A stretch of 64,000 nucleotides of DNA from Oikopleura dioica (taxonomy: Eukaryota > Animalia > Chordata): contig OU015567.1 of NCBI GenBank assembly GCA_907165135.1, positions 14,508,001 to 14,572,000 on the forward strand, in the 5' to 3' direction. Positions 36,776 to 48,547 of this stretch are shown piece by piece; within the stretch, counting starts at the first letter, position 1, and each line of letters begins with the position of its first letter. The position numbers and the translations under genes were made by a program. The notes below the pieces were generated by a model. It had not been told where the DNA came from, made no database searches, and saw only the letters and a list, made by a program, of their open reading frames with translations.

Positions 36776-38323
36776 ATGAGGTGGCTAACGTTTGCCATTC
36801 TTGGCTCAATTGCTGATGCTAAAATCACAGGTATAGTCATTTCTTACTGTAAATTTGATTCTTCAAAAAACAGTCATTAATTATTATTAAAACAAACTTT
36901 TATATTTATAACCGTCCAAATTCAGTAGATTTGATACAGTGGAGGTGCTGTTGCTTATCATTTCTTTACTGATAAGAAAGTTTCGTTGAAGGCATAAAAA
37001 CCACCGAGAATTGAATCATATTGAATATCGCATAATCTACCGGTTAGCCGCCGGGCCACCCATCTTTAAATTCTATTATCTAGCAGATTAAAATTTTATA
37101 ACTTCTAAGCTCTTTACTTTCCTAGCGCCCATGACAAATTTTCGCGTTCAAAAACACCTTTTCATTCCAAACATTTAAAAATATTTATTTTAGCAAAAGC
37201 CCGAAAAGCAAAACTGGAAGAAATCACGAACAGCGGAACGAAGATGGCTGAAATCAGCGCAACACAATTCAAAGATCTCATTTCCGATGGTTTGGAATCG
37301 AAGGCAGATTATTCAATTGTAGTTCACTACACGGCGCTTCCGGAAAGATTCGGATGCAAAATTTGTGAACAGTTCATGAAGGAGACTGGCTATGTTGCCA
37401 AGGCAGCGCAACAAGGTCTGCTATATTTTTGTTATTATCTCCAAATTTAATAACTCCCTTCAAGGCGAGAAGAAAGTGTATTTTCTCTCCGTCGATTTCG
37501 GCGGTATTCAAATGCAGAAGGCTTTCCAGACATTTGGAATTCAAAACGTCCCAGCCCTCGTGATTGTCAACGGAAAGGTCTGAAAGGAATCTTGATGAGG
37601 TTTCAATTTTGAAAAATTGTAGGGAGGAATGCCAAAGGAGTCGTTCAAGCTGCTGACGAACCAAATCAGAAAAGAGCGAGATTTCAGCTCACAAGTTGTC
37701 GATTTTGTGACGCTCAAGATTCCCGATGCCGTCTTTGGAAAAATCGTCAAAGTAAACTCCTCATTTTCTTCTTTCCTATCCTTTTGATTCTAGCCGGTTG
37801 ACTTTACGCCGATTCTGATCGCGGGTTTCTTCGGCCTTTCAATCACCGGAGCTCTTTATGCTCTCCGAAATGTGATTTTCAACAGATACGCTGTCGCGGC
37901 CTTGGTAATTGCTTTCTGCATGATCACGACATCTGGCTATACTTTCTGTCAAATCCGAGGAGCTCCTGCTAAGGGACGCGATGGTAAGACAAACCTAAAA
38001 TTGCAGTCGTTTTATCTCTTCATTTTCAGGGTCGATCTTTGCTCAAGGAGGGCGAATGATGTACCTATCAGAAGCGTACTTGAAAATGATGGCGGAAGCT
38101 GGCGTGGCCGTCGGACTCGTGGTGATGAATGGAAAGGGCCCCCTTAGGAATACAGTTGGCCTTGCTGTTGCCTTTGTTTCGTATGTTGTTCTCCTAGGCC
38201 CGGTTCAAAAAATGAGCGTTGAATTTCGACTAATTTCCCTACCGAGGATAATTTTGAACCGAAAAAGCTGCCTTCCAAGTTAAAACACCACACTATCCTT
38301 ACGGAATCGCCGATCTCTTCTAA
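36776..38323 (+). CDS. TUSC3: Oligosaccharyltransferase thioredoxin-like subunit (OST3/OST6; TUSC3/MAGT1)
   Basis: Signal-peptide exon MRWLTFAILGSIADAKIT, YSIVVHYTAL...CKIC (CxxC), VDFGG..FQTFGIQNVP, TSGYTFCQIRGAP, and C-terminal HYPY...F*. TUSC3 vs MAGT1 cannot be separated. Confidence 0.85.
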
Positions 38324-38554
38324 GCCCCGCCTCCGTAGTTCAGTTTTTATCTTTTTTCTTCAGCAATTATTTAAAATTAGTCAAGTTAAACTGTTTTCTT
38401 GCAATTAAAAAACCAAGTGCAATACGAAATTAGATCTTCCTACGCGGAGACAACCAAAACTGACTGTAACTGTAACACTAGTTCAAATTTAGCTGATTCT
38501 GATTCAAAATTTATGAAGTAGAAATTTAAAATTTTTAAGAAATTGAAATCGAAA

Positions 38555-41500
38555 ATGTCGAAAGCGGACGTTCAATCGGGAACGGTGGCCGGGATGAGTC
38601 GACTAGGCGTCAGCTCATTGCTTACCCTAGTCGTCCTCCTTGGTGTTTCGTTGCTCGGCTTCTTTTCGCGACTTTTCGCGGTTATCAGATTTGAGGTGAG
38701 CAATTTTAACACTAGAATCAAATTCGAAACATTAAATTCTCATTTCAGTCAATTATCCACGAATTCGATCCTTGGTTCAACTACCGCGCTACGTATCAAA
38801 TGGTGACTACAAACTTCTACGATTTCCTGAACTGGTTCGACGAGCTGGCCTGGTACCCGCTCGGCCGAATTGTCGGAGGAACTGTCTACCCTGGTCTCAT
38901 GATCACTGCTGGTACAGTCTCAATCGATTCATTTTCGTACAAATCTCCCCTTTTCTAGGCGGCATTCACTACGTTCTCAACGCCCTCGGCTTCACGACTC
39001 ACATTCAAGACGTTTGCGTTTTCACCGCTCCAATCTTTTCCGGCCTTACTGCCATTGCCACATATTTCCTGACCAAAGAGCTTTGGAACGCTGGAGCCGG
39101 CCTTTTCGCGGCGGCTTTTATTGCCATTGCACCTGGTTACATTTCCCGCTCCGTTGCCGGATCTTTCGATAATGAGGGAATCGCTATTTTTGCTCTTCAA
39201 TGCTCCTTCTTTCTCTGGATCAGAGCTATGAGAACAGGTATATAAGCTCGATTTTAGGTTATGAATAATCTTTCTCGCAGGATCGATGTTCTGGGGAATC
39301 ATGACGGCCTTCTGCTATTTCTACATGGTTTCAGCCTGGGGAGGGTAAAAGCGCAAGAGCGCTCTTTTTCGCTATCGAAATTATTTCAGATACGTTTACA
39401 TTATCAACCTCATTCCTCTTCACGTTTTCTGCCTCCTCCTTATGGGAAGATACGAGAGCAAGCTCTACGTTTCCTACACGACATTCTACTGCGTGGGACA
39501 GCTTATGGCAATGAACATTCCTTTCGTTGGTTTCCAGCCCATCAAAACTTCCGAGCACATGGCCTCGGCTGGTGTTTTTGCCCTCCTTCAGGCTTGGATT
39601 TATTTTTCTTTGTCAGCAGAATCTAAGTTTTTTCAAGGAACTTTTTTCAGCAAAAATCTTTTTCTTTCTTCGTTCGTTAGTTCTTCATACGGCCTTCTTA
39701 CAGTTCCATAGTCTAAAAATGACTATTACTTTTCCAATCATTTGAAATTCTTACTTTTATGCTTTTTGAAACTTCTCAATAAGCGTCTTTTGTAAGATAT
39801 TCTTGCGGATGGTTCAGCAGTTTTGTAGTCGATCACTTTTTTCGAGCATTGAATGTAGAGCATTATTAGACACAGTACCTGGGAGTTCGTCTTACATGGA
39901 GAATTATACAAATGACTTACGGACAATATACCAATTGCTCCTGCAAGTAATTGTGTGTGGAACTCATCGAGAAAGGGGCTATTTTCTTGAAGAAATTCTT
40001 TGAAATCGTCTACTTTGTGTAAGATCTGCCCGGTTAGCTTTTCTGATTTTTTCTCCATTTGTTATCATGTCATTATCGATATCAGAAGCGTATAAACAAG
40101 TATTCTTTCAACGGATCTAGAAAAAGTATTCTTTGAATCCAACAAAAGTGTTACGGATTCCTGGACTACTTGAGAAGCAAGTTGGGAGAAAAAGAGTTCA
40201 AGCGCGCCTTCTATCTCTTCGTCACAATTTGCGCTGGAGCCATCTTTGCTGCTGTCGTTGGTCTCACCATGCTCGGCGTTGTCGCCCCTTGGTCCGGTCG
40301 ATTCTACTCGCTCTTCGATACTGGGTAAGTTGAAGAATGCTAACATAAGTCAACCGCCAGCGCGGCTCCTCGGAAGTATTTTTGGCGCCAGTCTTAGCAA
40401 TAATAAGGAATCGTAAAAGATAATCTCTCTTCTTTGTGTATTCGCACTGTGTCTATCAATTTCTTAGCTATGCTCGAATTCATATTCCCATCATTTCCTC
40501 TGTGTCTGAGCATCAGCCAACTATGTGGACATCGTTCATCACAGATTTGCATTTCCTCCCGGCCGTTGCGCCCGCTGGTCTCTGGTACACCATCCGTCAT
40601 TACGACTCAGCAAAAATCTTCCTGGTCATTTACGCCGCGTTTTCCTGCTATTTCGCCGGAATTATGGTCCGACTTATGCTGACCTTGACGCCCGTCGTTT
40701 GCATGCTTGGCGGCATCGCCTTGAATGTCACATTCGATCATTTCTTTGGTGAAGACAACGAAGACTCTCAGAAAGAAAAGGCCAAGAAAGACGCCAAAAA
40801 GTCAGAGGATACTGAAGAGGAAGAAGCGACTCCTCTTGCGATCAAACTCACTGTCGTTATGGCACTTACAGGCAGGCTTAAAATATCCCTATTTTGGATT
40901 TTGGTCTTTCAAAAGACATTTTCTTCGCGACTTTTGTTTTCGAAGTTTTAAGCCGTTCTAAAAGGTCTTCTGTGTCAGTTCGCGGTCCATTGCACTTACA
41001 TAACATCGAACTACTACTCGTCTCCTTCCGTTGTTCTCGCTTCCAGCCGCCCAGATGGCTCGCGTAACATTATCGACGATTATCGAGAGGCCTACTACTG
41101 GCTCAGGACAAATACTGATGACGATGCTACAATTATGTCATGGTGGGACTATGGCTATCAAATCTCTGGTATGGCGAACAGGACCACGCTCGTTGATAAC
41201 AACACATGGAACAACTCACACATCGCCATGGTCGGACGGGCCATGGCCTCGAACGAAGATGATGCTTACGAGATCATGCAAGAACTTGGAGTTGATTATG
41301 TTTTAGGTAAAATATTTATCCTTGTCAAGCGCGTCAAATCATGTCTAGTTATATTTGGCGGTTTACTCGGGTACTCTGGTGATGACATCAACAAATTCCT
41401 ATGGATGGTACGAATCGCCGAAGGCGAACACCCGAACCACATCAAGGAAGCAAACTATTTTAGTGCTCAGGGACAGTACACTGTCGACAAGAGCATGTCA

Positions 41501-42086
41501 AAAACGATGAAAAACTGCCTCATGTACAAGTTATCTTACTACAAGTAAGTTTAAAATATTCTCTGTTTAAAATTGTGTATTGTGGTTTGGTCCACTGGGT
41601 CCAGTACAAAACGCGAGATTTAATAGCGAGTGCAAATTTCATGGCGGTCCCAGCTTAGGTTCGCCGCCGATAAAGCTGAGATAATTGCCCGTTTGCGGGA
41701 TCGAATTCTACTCTTATCTCCTTGAAAACTCTATTTTCCTAGGTTTGGCGACGTTCGCACACATGCGCAAATGTCCGGATTTGACCGCGTGAGAAACGTG
41801 GAAATCGGCCACAAAAATATCAAGGTACTTATTTTCAAAAGACGTCAGACATAAACTATTCCTGCAGCTGAAACACTTGGAGGAAGCGTACACGACGGAG
41901 CACTGGATCGTCAGAATCTACCGCGTGAAGAAGCCCTCCAACAAGTCGCGCAAGTTGAGCCACAAACTGACGCAGCGGAAGAAAAAGACAAAAGTAGCGC
42001 GCAAAGGTCGCAAGGGGGTCCTGAGCACGACCATTCCAGCCGCCAAGGGCGCCAATACGAGACAGAAAGCTTCATTTGAACTTTAA
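38555..42086 (+). CDS. STT3B: Oligosaccharyltransferase catalytic subunit STT3B
   Basis: EFDPWFNYR and [11 protein letters not shown] (B-type residues), [46 protein letters not shown]. Confidence 0.95.
39738..40058 (-). CDS. Small single-pass membrane protein nested antisense in an STT3B intron
   Basis: Removing a 42-nt GTAAGT...CCCAG intron (39920-39879) gives 92 aa with a continuous TM helix [19 protein letters not shown] and a basic tail. It lies wholly inside STT3B intron 39592-40148. Confidence 0.6.
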   Translation of the reverse strand: MEKKSEKLTGQILHKVDDFKEFLQENSPFLDEFHTQLLAGAIGILSVSHLYNSPCKTNSQVLCLIMLYIQCSKKVIDYKTAEPSARISYKRRLLRSFKKHKSKNFK

Positions 42087-42622
42087 CCTACCATCTCTTG
42101 ACGTTCAACTTCAACTTGGAAACAGTGCGGTTTGCTAAATTTGTTTTTCGCTCTTAGACATTTATTGCCGCAGTTTTTTCCTACTTCTGTGCGATTTAGA
42201 TCAAATTTAGTTCTTGAAATTATCTGACCCAGCTTTCTGACAAGTTATCATTTAGAAAAACGAGGTCAAAGTGCGAATAATTAACGACTGTAAAGTCCTC
42301 TAGTATCTTTTTTTATCGATTAGTCCTGAAATAGTTCTGTTTGTCCCCTTAATAATTCCTTCCCCATCCTCTTTTCACTGTTCAAAACCCTGCAGGTGCA
42401 ATACTATTCAATTCAAACCAAAACCCTTCAGTATGTTTATCATTTAACTGTAGCTGTGCAAGGCACCATTCATGTTCCTTCCAATAAAAAATGAGATTAC
42501 AAACAACGGCTCGTTTTTTCTTGTTGATATGTATTTAGGTTTCACGTAACATACGGTTTTTTGTTATTTGTTAATGTGCACAGAGTTTGTTTTGCTTCAT
42601 AGTTATATAATATAACTTAAAT

Positions 42623-45249
42623 TTATATCGACTGAAGTCCGAGAACTTCTGGTTTTGGCTGCGTTGTAATGTTGGAATGAGGTGTTTTTGAAATTGATTC
42701 GAACTCGTAGGGAGGCGTCAGTACTTTAGGCGGCTCAGGTGCCATTTGCGCTCCGTTCTTGTTGTTCCCATACAATAAATACTCTACATCGTACGTGGGA
42801 GGCCTGTTCGCGTTCATCTGTTGTTGATGTCCCGGTACGCGGGGATACTCGTAAGTCGGAGTAGCGAAGCCACCAGTTGTGTCCAGTGAGCGGTCTGATC
42901 CGAACTGATGAGTGTTTCGAATTCGCTTCTTCAAGTTAGAGATTTCGTCGTCTTTTTCGCTCAGCGCGCGTAGAAGGAAATTGAACGAATTTAGCGCGCT
43001 CTGCATCTCTCCCTAAAACAGAAAGATAGAAAATTGGATGCCAATTTACAAAATTATAGGTCGCCACGAGAATGAGAGCGTGAACATTAAGTGTGATCAA
43101 GGGATCTAACAAATAGAGCGTTGATTCCGACGGTTAGATCACTCTACCCGACAATTTTCGCTCGTCATGACCTGTGCTGACCCTTGAGGGTTCCTCTTAA
43201 TTGAGGAATTTTAGTGTTATTGAGCACTTTGTTACCTTTGACGAATTTTGGCCAAGTCGGGCATGATCTTCGAGGTCTGTTTGCGAGGCTGAAATACAAA
43301 TTTAGCGACAATTTCTTAAAAAAAAAGCGGTACTTACATCTGAGTCCAGTCACTGGTGAGGCCCGAAGATCATTTTCCGACACTCCTGGAGATTTGTGAG
43401 CAGAGCTACTTTGATGCTTTCCACTTTGTTGCTTCGAAAGCTGCTGCTTCGAGTGTTGATAGTTCAAGGTCATCTGTTTGAGTGCTGCCTCCAAAGTTTC
43501 AATTCGTTTTTCGTCAATTTGTGATTTGCGCGCACAGAGTTCACTGAGTTTCACGAATTCGCCCTAAACATCACTTCTTTAGAAGGAGCAATAAAAATGG
43601 CGGGGGAATATAATTATGTCAGAAATTTCTGCACGAACTTGTTGGCGATAAGCTCTTTGACAAGGGCCCACTGACAAGCGCATCTGTTGATTTGTTATCT
43701 TTACCTGGACGTGGTCTAATGACTGCTGGAGGAATTCCACTTTTCGAGCATTTTCTTTGAGCGTGTTGACTGTCGCCCTCAGCTGGCGGTTTTCTTCTTC
43801 TAAGAACAGCGTCGTCGTATGCAAGTTGGCGGAGGGCGATGATCCAGGAGGAGGATGAAGCCCGTTGCTGGAGGAGTACTTTGGGGTGTAGGTAGACATG
43901 TGTGGCGAATAAATGCTACTGGGAGTGTTGGGCGTCATGTGAGACATCGTCGAGGAGGAGGAGGAGACATTGACTGGCGTAAAACGACGCCCTCCTGGGA
44001 GATCGCGCACGTCCGTCGCACCAGGAGCGATTTGACTAAATTTGACAAGTCAGCATGAGGTTTTGCTTAGACGTCATAAAAACGGCGTTACTTATCTATC
44101 CATCTACGGATTTGGTATTTGAACAAGCATGTGTATCGAACTCTCACGGAATGATTTATGTCGGGCACATTATCGAAAGAAAAGGGAGCTGCTACTAATT
44201 ACAAGCATGGTTCACATCCAGGAGATAATTATCATTTGCATGTCAAAGGGGCTAATCAAACGTGCTTGACCCGTGACTGAGGATGATACAATGCCATTCC
44301 GAGCAATAACGAAAACTCAAGGGCGCCGGTCAATTCATCACTTTCACAAAATAGCCCCTGGAATTTTCAGTTTTTAAAATAACTCTGCGCAATAATTTAT
44401 CGATGCAAGGAGAGACAGCGCGTCTCCAATCGTTGATGGGGTCTTGGCCCGTAAATATCACAGCAGCAAATGATTAGTTTTACAACGGCCTCGTAAATTT
44501 TCTAAATATTATCGACATTACACATTATTTCCGAGGCGTAAATTTTTCGCCACCCGCCATGTCGAACACATCAACTTTATTTTGCGCTGCAGGTGTGCAT
44601 ATTTGGTGAGTGCTTAATTTGACGCACAGCTGAAAAAGCTTCACTCGACCTTTTTTCGAGTCCAACTGATGTGGAGAATTTCACATCTCGTATAAAGTCG
44701 TCCCAGTTTCGGGCTTACAGGTTCACTCAAGCTTAGCCACAAATTCAAGCCACAGTTTAGGGGATAATGGCTGAAATCGCGTCACGCGGGGACAGGCCAG
44801 CGAAAAATTGCTCCAGTTCTACGCCAGATAATGGGTTTTAGGAATTTTGAAATTCCACCTTTTTAAAAAGCGTTTTTGTTTACCTTTTTTGAAATCGAAT
44901 TGGCAAATAATTGGGCCTCTTTGGATATAAAGTCTGGATTTGCTCGTTGTTCGCGTTTTCCTAAAAAACAGGATGATCCTTCGTCGCCCTCTGCAAAGCG
45001 TGGCGACACTAAATCCTATTCGAAATTGATATACCAATATCTACGATCCATAGGATCAATATGACATGAAATACAGCGATGCGGAGATTGTAGATTCACC
45101 TGAATAAGCTTGCTCGACGAGACAGGCTCCGACTTCACGTGGCGGCGTAGCTTCGTCGCCGTGGACTTCGAGTTCGTCACTGCCGAGTTCGAGCGAGCCA
45201 CCATCTTCGAAAAGTGATCTGTTCGAGGCTGCGAAGGTGAACTCGACAT
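42623..45249 (-). CDS. Multi-exon coiled-coil protein with a PPxY motif (weakly angiomotin-like)
   Basis: Exons LEEENRQLRATVNTLKENARKVEFLQQSLDHVQ|GEFVKL...LEAALKQM and ...LSEKDDEISNLKKR...RPPTYDVEY. The 5' exons (45249, 44586-44532) are inferred. Confidence 0.55.
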
Positions 45250-46405
45250 CGCCCTAGAACTCAACAGTTAGATACGTTCTACTTTACCCCAGGGGCACTG
45301 CCTTTCATTGCCGCCCACAATTAAACTCGTTGACCGCCGAAAACGCTGCTAGAAACCGCAAAATCAACTTTGACTCTCTTACTCGAGCGCTCAAGTGCTC
45401 ACTCGAGAACTGCTCATCGCAGCCTCAAAAAGTACCACGTGACGTCACCCTTTCACTTTCCACTCGAGAACTTTCAAGGAATGTCACTACTAACTAGGAA
45501 CAGTTCGCCAGCAATCGGGAAATCCCCCACAGCGAAAAAATAACTCTTGAACTAAGGTTAATCCCCACTTGTTACATATCTCGACAGCACAAACACGCAT
45601 ACAACTGTAAGCTGTCACTCCAAATGCCCTTATCAGTCGTGCAGCTTCATACACGCGCTCCGCGTATGTGTAGCAAACAAGAATATGCATACCGCCTCTC
45701 GCCTGTTCTTGATAGTTTTGATATACAGATGTCTCGATTTTGATTAATTTGATTACTGTCTACCCTCGGCCCTGGCTGCGGACATTTTTGAGTGGCAATA
45801 AATATTTCCAATCAACTTTCTTTTCAACAGATTATAGCTGTGTCCTAGGGGAGCAGGAGCATCCATCAACGCCCCGCGAATTCGATTTCTAGCGCGACGA
45901 AAAGGGGGTGAGGCGACTGGCTGCATCAGTCAGCCTTATGGAATGTCTGACTTCTCATCTGGATTATGGAGGTGTCCTGGGGGCGGCGCACTCCACCTTT
46001 TTTAGCTTAAAACCAGAAATTGCGTCATGCTAATGATTCCGCGTCATCACCCCTTCTCAAGTACTCATCTCGTGATTCAGAGGAAACTCAAACAAGCCAT
46101 GAAAAAATCAAAGATTCTCCAGATGGCCCAATTCAACATCCTCCTTCTCAAAGGTCACAACTTATTTTTAAGGTGACAGATTCGAAGCGGAAACCGCGCT
46201 CTTGTTTACTGTCATCTGATTTAATGTTTATTGAATATACAGTCACATGTGTTGACCAACGAAATCGATCAGTATTTGATTTGAAAAGAGCTGGAAAAAT
46301 CCACCGCTTCATTAACAATTCGAAACTTCTCTCTTTGCGGGCTGTTATCTTCCCCCAATTTTGGTTTTCTTATCAGCGATGCCTTGCAGATAGACTAACC
46401 CCCTT

Positions 46406-46569
46406 CTGGGCTCGACAACACTGTGTAGAAAACCTGAATCAGGATCAGAAAGACTTTTAATGAAAAGCCCCGTGGCGGCTTATTTAAAAAAACGAAGCAA
46501 CTTCGCGGCTTTTCATTAAAGATTTCTCAGACCCTGACTCAGATTTTCTACACAGGTTGGCCAGACCCG
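46406..46569. mobile_element. Palindromic MITE family copy 1 (CAACCTGTGTAGAAAACCTGAGTCAGGGTC-type arms)
   Basis: Its arms match the copies at 47954, 49156 and 49780. Confidence 0.8.
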
Positions 46570-47953
46570 CTTCTTATGCTCCGTAACATTCTGAAAAATT
46601 GAAAGGGGGAGGTCTCACTTGGCTGAGATGGAGGTCAATGGCCCCGAACTCAAAGGACACGCGCGGGCTTCTTTTTTTTCAAAGTCCCTTTGTTAGGAAG
46701 ATAAAAAGGGGCTCTCACTTTCAAACGGCCATACCGACTGAAATAAAAAATTGAAATCGAAACCCGCTTCGGCCCGCTCTGACACAGGGTTCTTTCAATT
46801 GTTGAAAAAACTAATGACGCTCTTTTCTTCAAAAAGAAAAGTCGCTATAAAAACGACTCTACGGCAATTGCCGTAAGAAAAGGACGATTTTCACCATAAA
46901 ATCTTCAAATCACAAGAAGGGGAAAAGAAAAAGAAATTGGCGGCGGTGGAAACAGAACGTTGAAACGGGCCTGACATTCTACAGTAATTAGCAAGAAGCG
47001 GTGACGTTATCGGAAATTAACGCTAAGGACGAGAATGCGCCCCCCCCAGTCCGGAATTGCAAAAAAGGCGCTCCTCCTGCGGCAACGGGTTAAATTAGGT
47101 TACTTGCGCCGACAAATACACCTGCTGACTTGGGAAATAACTCCAACTTGGTTGACTCATTCAACTTGAATGATTGCTTAGGCAAATACCATTCAGCTCA
47201 AGCTATTTTTAAACCAAATATTTGGCTTTACGCCAGCATAACCTGGGGTTAACCCTCTCTCCTCAAGATTTCTTTTTTATTCAAAAATTCAAAATTAAAA
47301 TTTTCTTAAATTGGTCATTTTATGGCTTTTTACAATTTATAATTCATTGAAAAATAAGGGGGTGATCTTAAAATCGACTTTTTCTGTAGAAAATTTTACT
47401 AAAAAGACGCTAGAATTTATAAAAACTTACGAGTTTTCATGATTCCAAGTGGCCATTTTTCATTCTTCTTTGGTTTGTTTCTATCTCTTTTCAAATTGTT
47501 CTGTATTTTCTCTGGAATTGATTCGGAGTGTTTCTATTCGAGAAATAGTATTTGCGAGAAAAAGATCGGAATTTCGAGTAAAAAGGTGGATTTTTCGAGT
47601 TTTGGGGCAAAGCGCGAGAAACGCTTCAGTCAACTCGCGCGCGCCCCTTTCGGAAGGAATTTCAAAAACACATCGCAGCAGGCCACAATCTCCAAAATAA
47701 TTCATAACTTTTTTGGGAATGCCTTTTTGCGCCAAAACAAATGTGCATGTATTGCGCTAGAATTAAAAGTTCGGAGTTCGAACTTTCGTCTCACTCGAAA
47801 AGCTTATGGAATTTTATATTTTTTAATTGACTAATTAGTAATTAATAATTTCTAATTATTGAAGCGTCACCTAATCAAGTGAGATGTGTTAAAGTTAGAA
47901 TGTTAATTTTTTTGAGCAAGACGAAAGTTCGAATTCAGTACATGCACTATTGT

Positions 47954-48122
47954 GGCAACCTGTGCAGAAAACCTGAGTCAGGGTCTGAAAGATCTCTAAT
48001 CAATTTTCAAACTCTAGCGACGCCGCTTTGTAGCTCAGTTTGTAAAATAGCCGCTACGCAGCTTTTGATTAGAGATCTTTCAGACCCTGACTCAGATTTT
48101 CTACACAGGTTGCCTAGCTCAG
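47954..48122. mobile_element. Palindromic MITE family copy 2
   Basis: ggcaacctgtgcagaaaacctgagtcagggtctgaaagatctctaatc ... gattagagatctttcagaccctgactcagattttctacacaggttgcc. Confidence 0.85.
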
Positions 48123-48547
48123 GAGACCAATACGCGTCTAATTGAGATTCTGAAGATATCAATGATAACTATTATTGTATCTTATCCTTCTTTTGCAAAT
48201 ACAATATTACCTAATACTGTATTAGTCTAATAGTTTTTTTAATTCACTCTGTTAAAAAGTTGTCGTTGTGAGTATATTAGGCCAAACCGTCGAGTATTGC
48301 TTTCATCCTAATTGAAAAGAAAAATTCATTATGAGTTCATTATTTATTTATGATGGGACTAGTTACAAATCATTGGAGATCAGTGAGACTCAGTTTCAAA
48401 GAAGTATTCGATTTTTATCAATAATTGAAAAGCGATTCTCTGAATTCAATATTAAATATTCCCTTTTTTCAATGAGGTTTTAAAAAGTGGACTGAAGGAG
48501 TAAACAAGCTAGAAAAAAAATAATTTATTAATTTATAAAAAAGAAAG

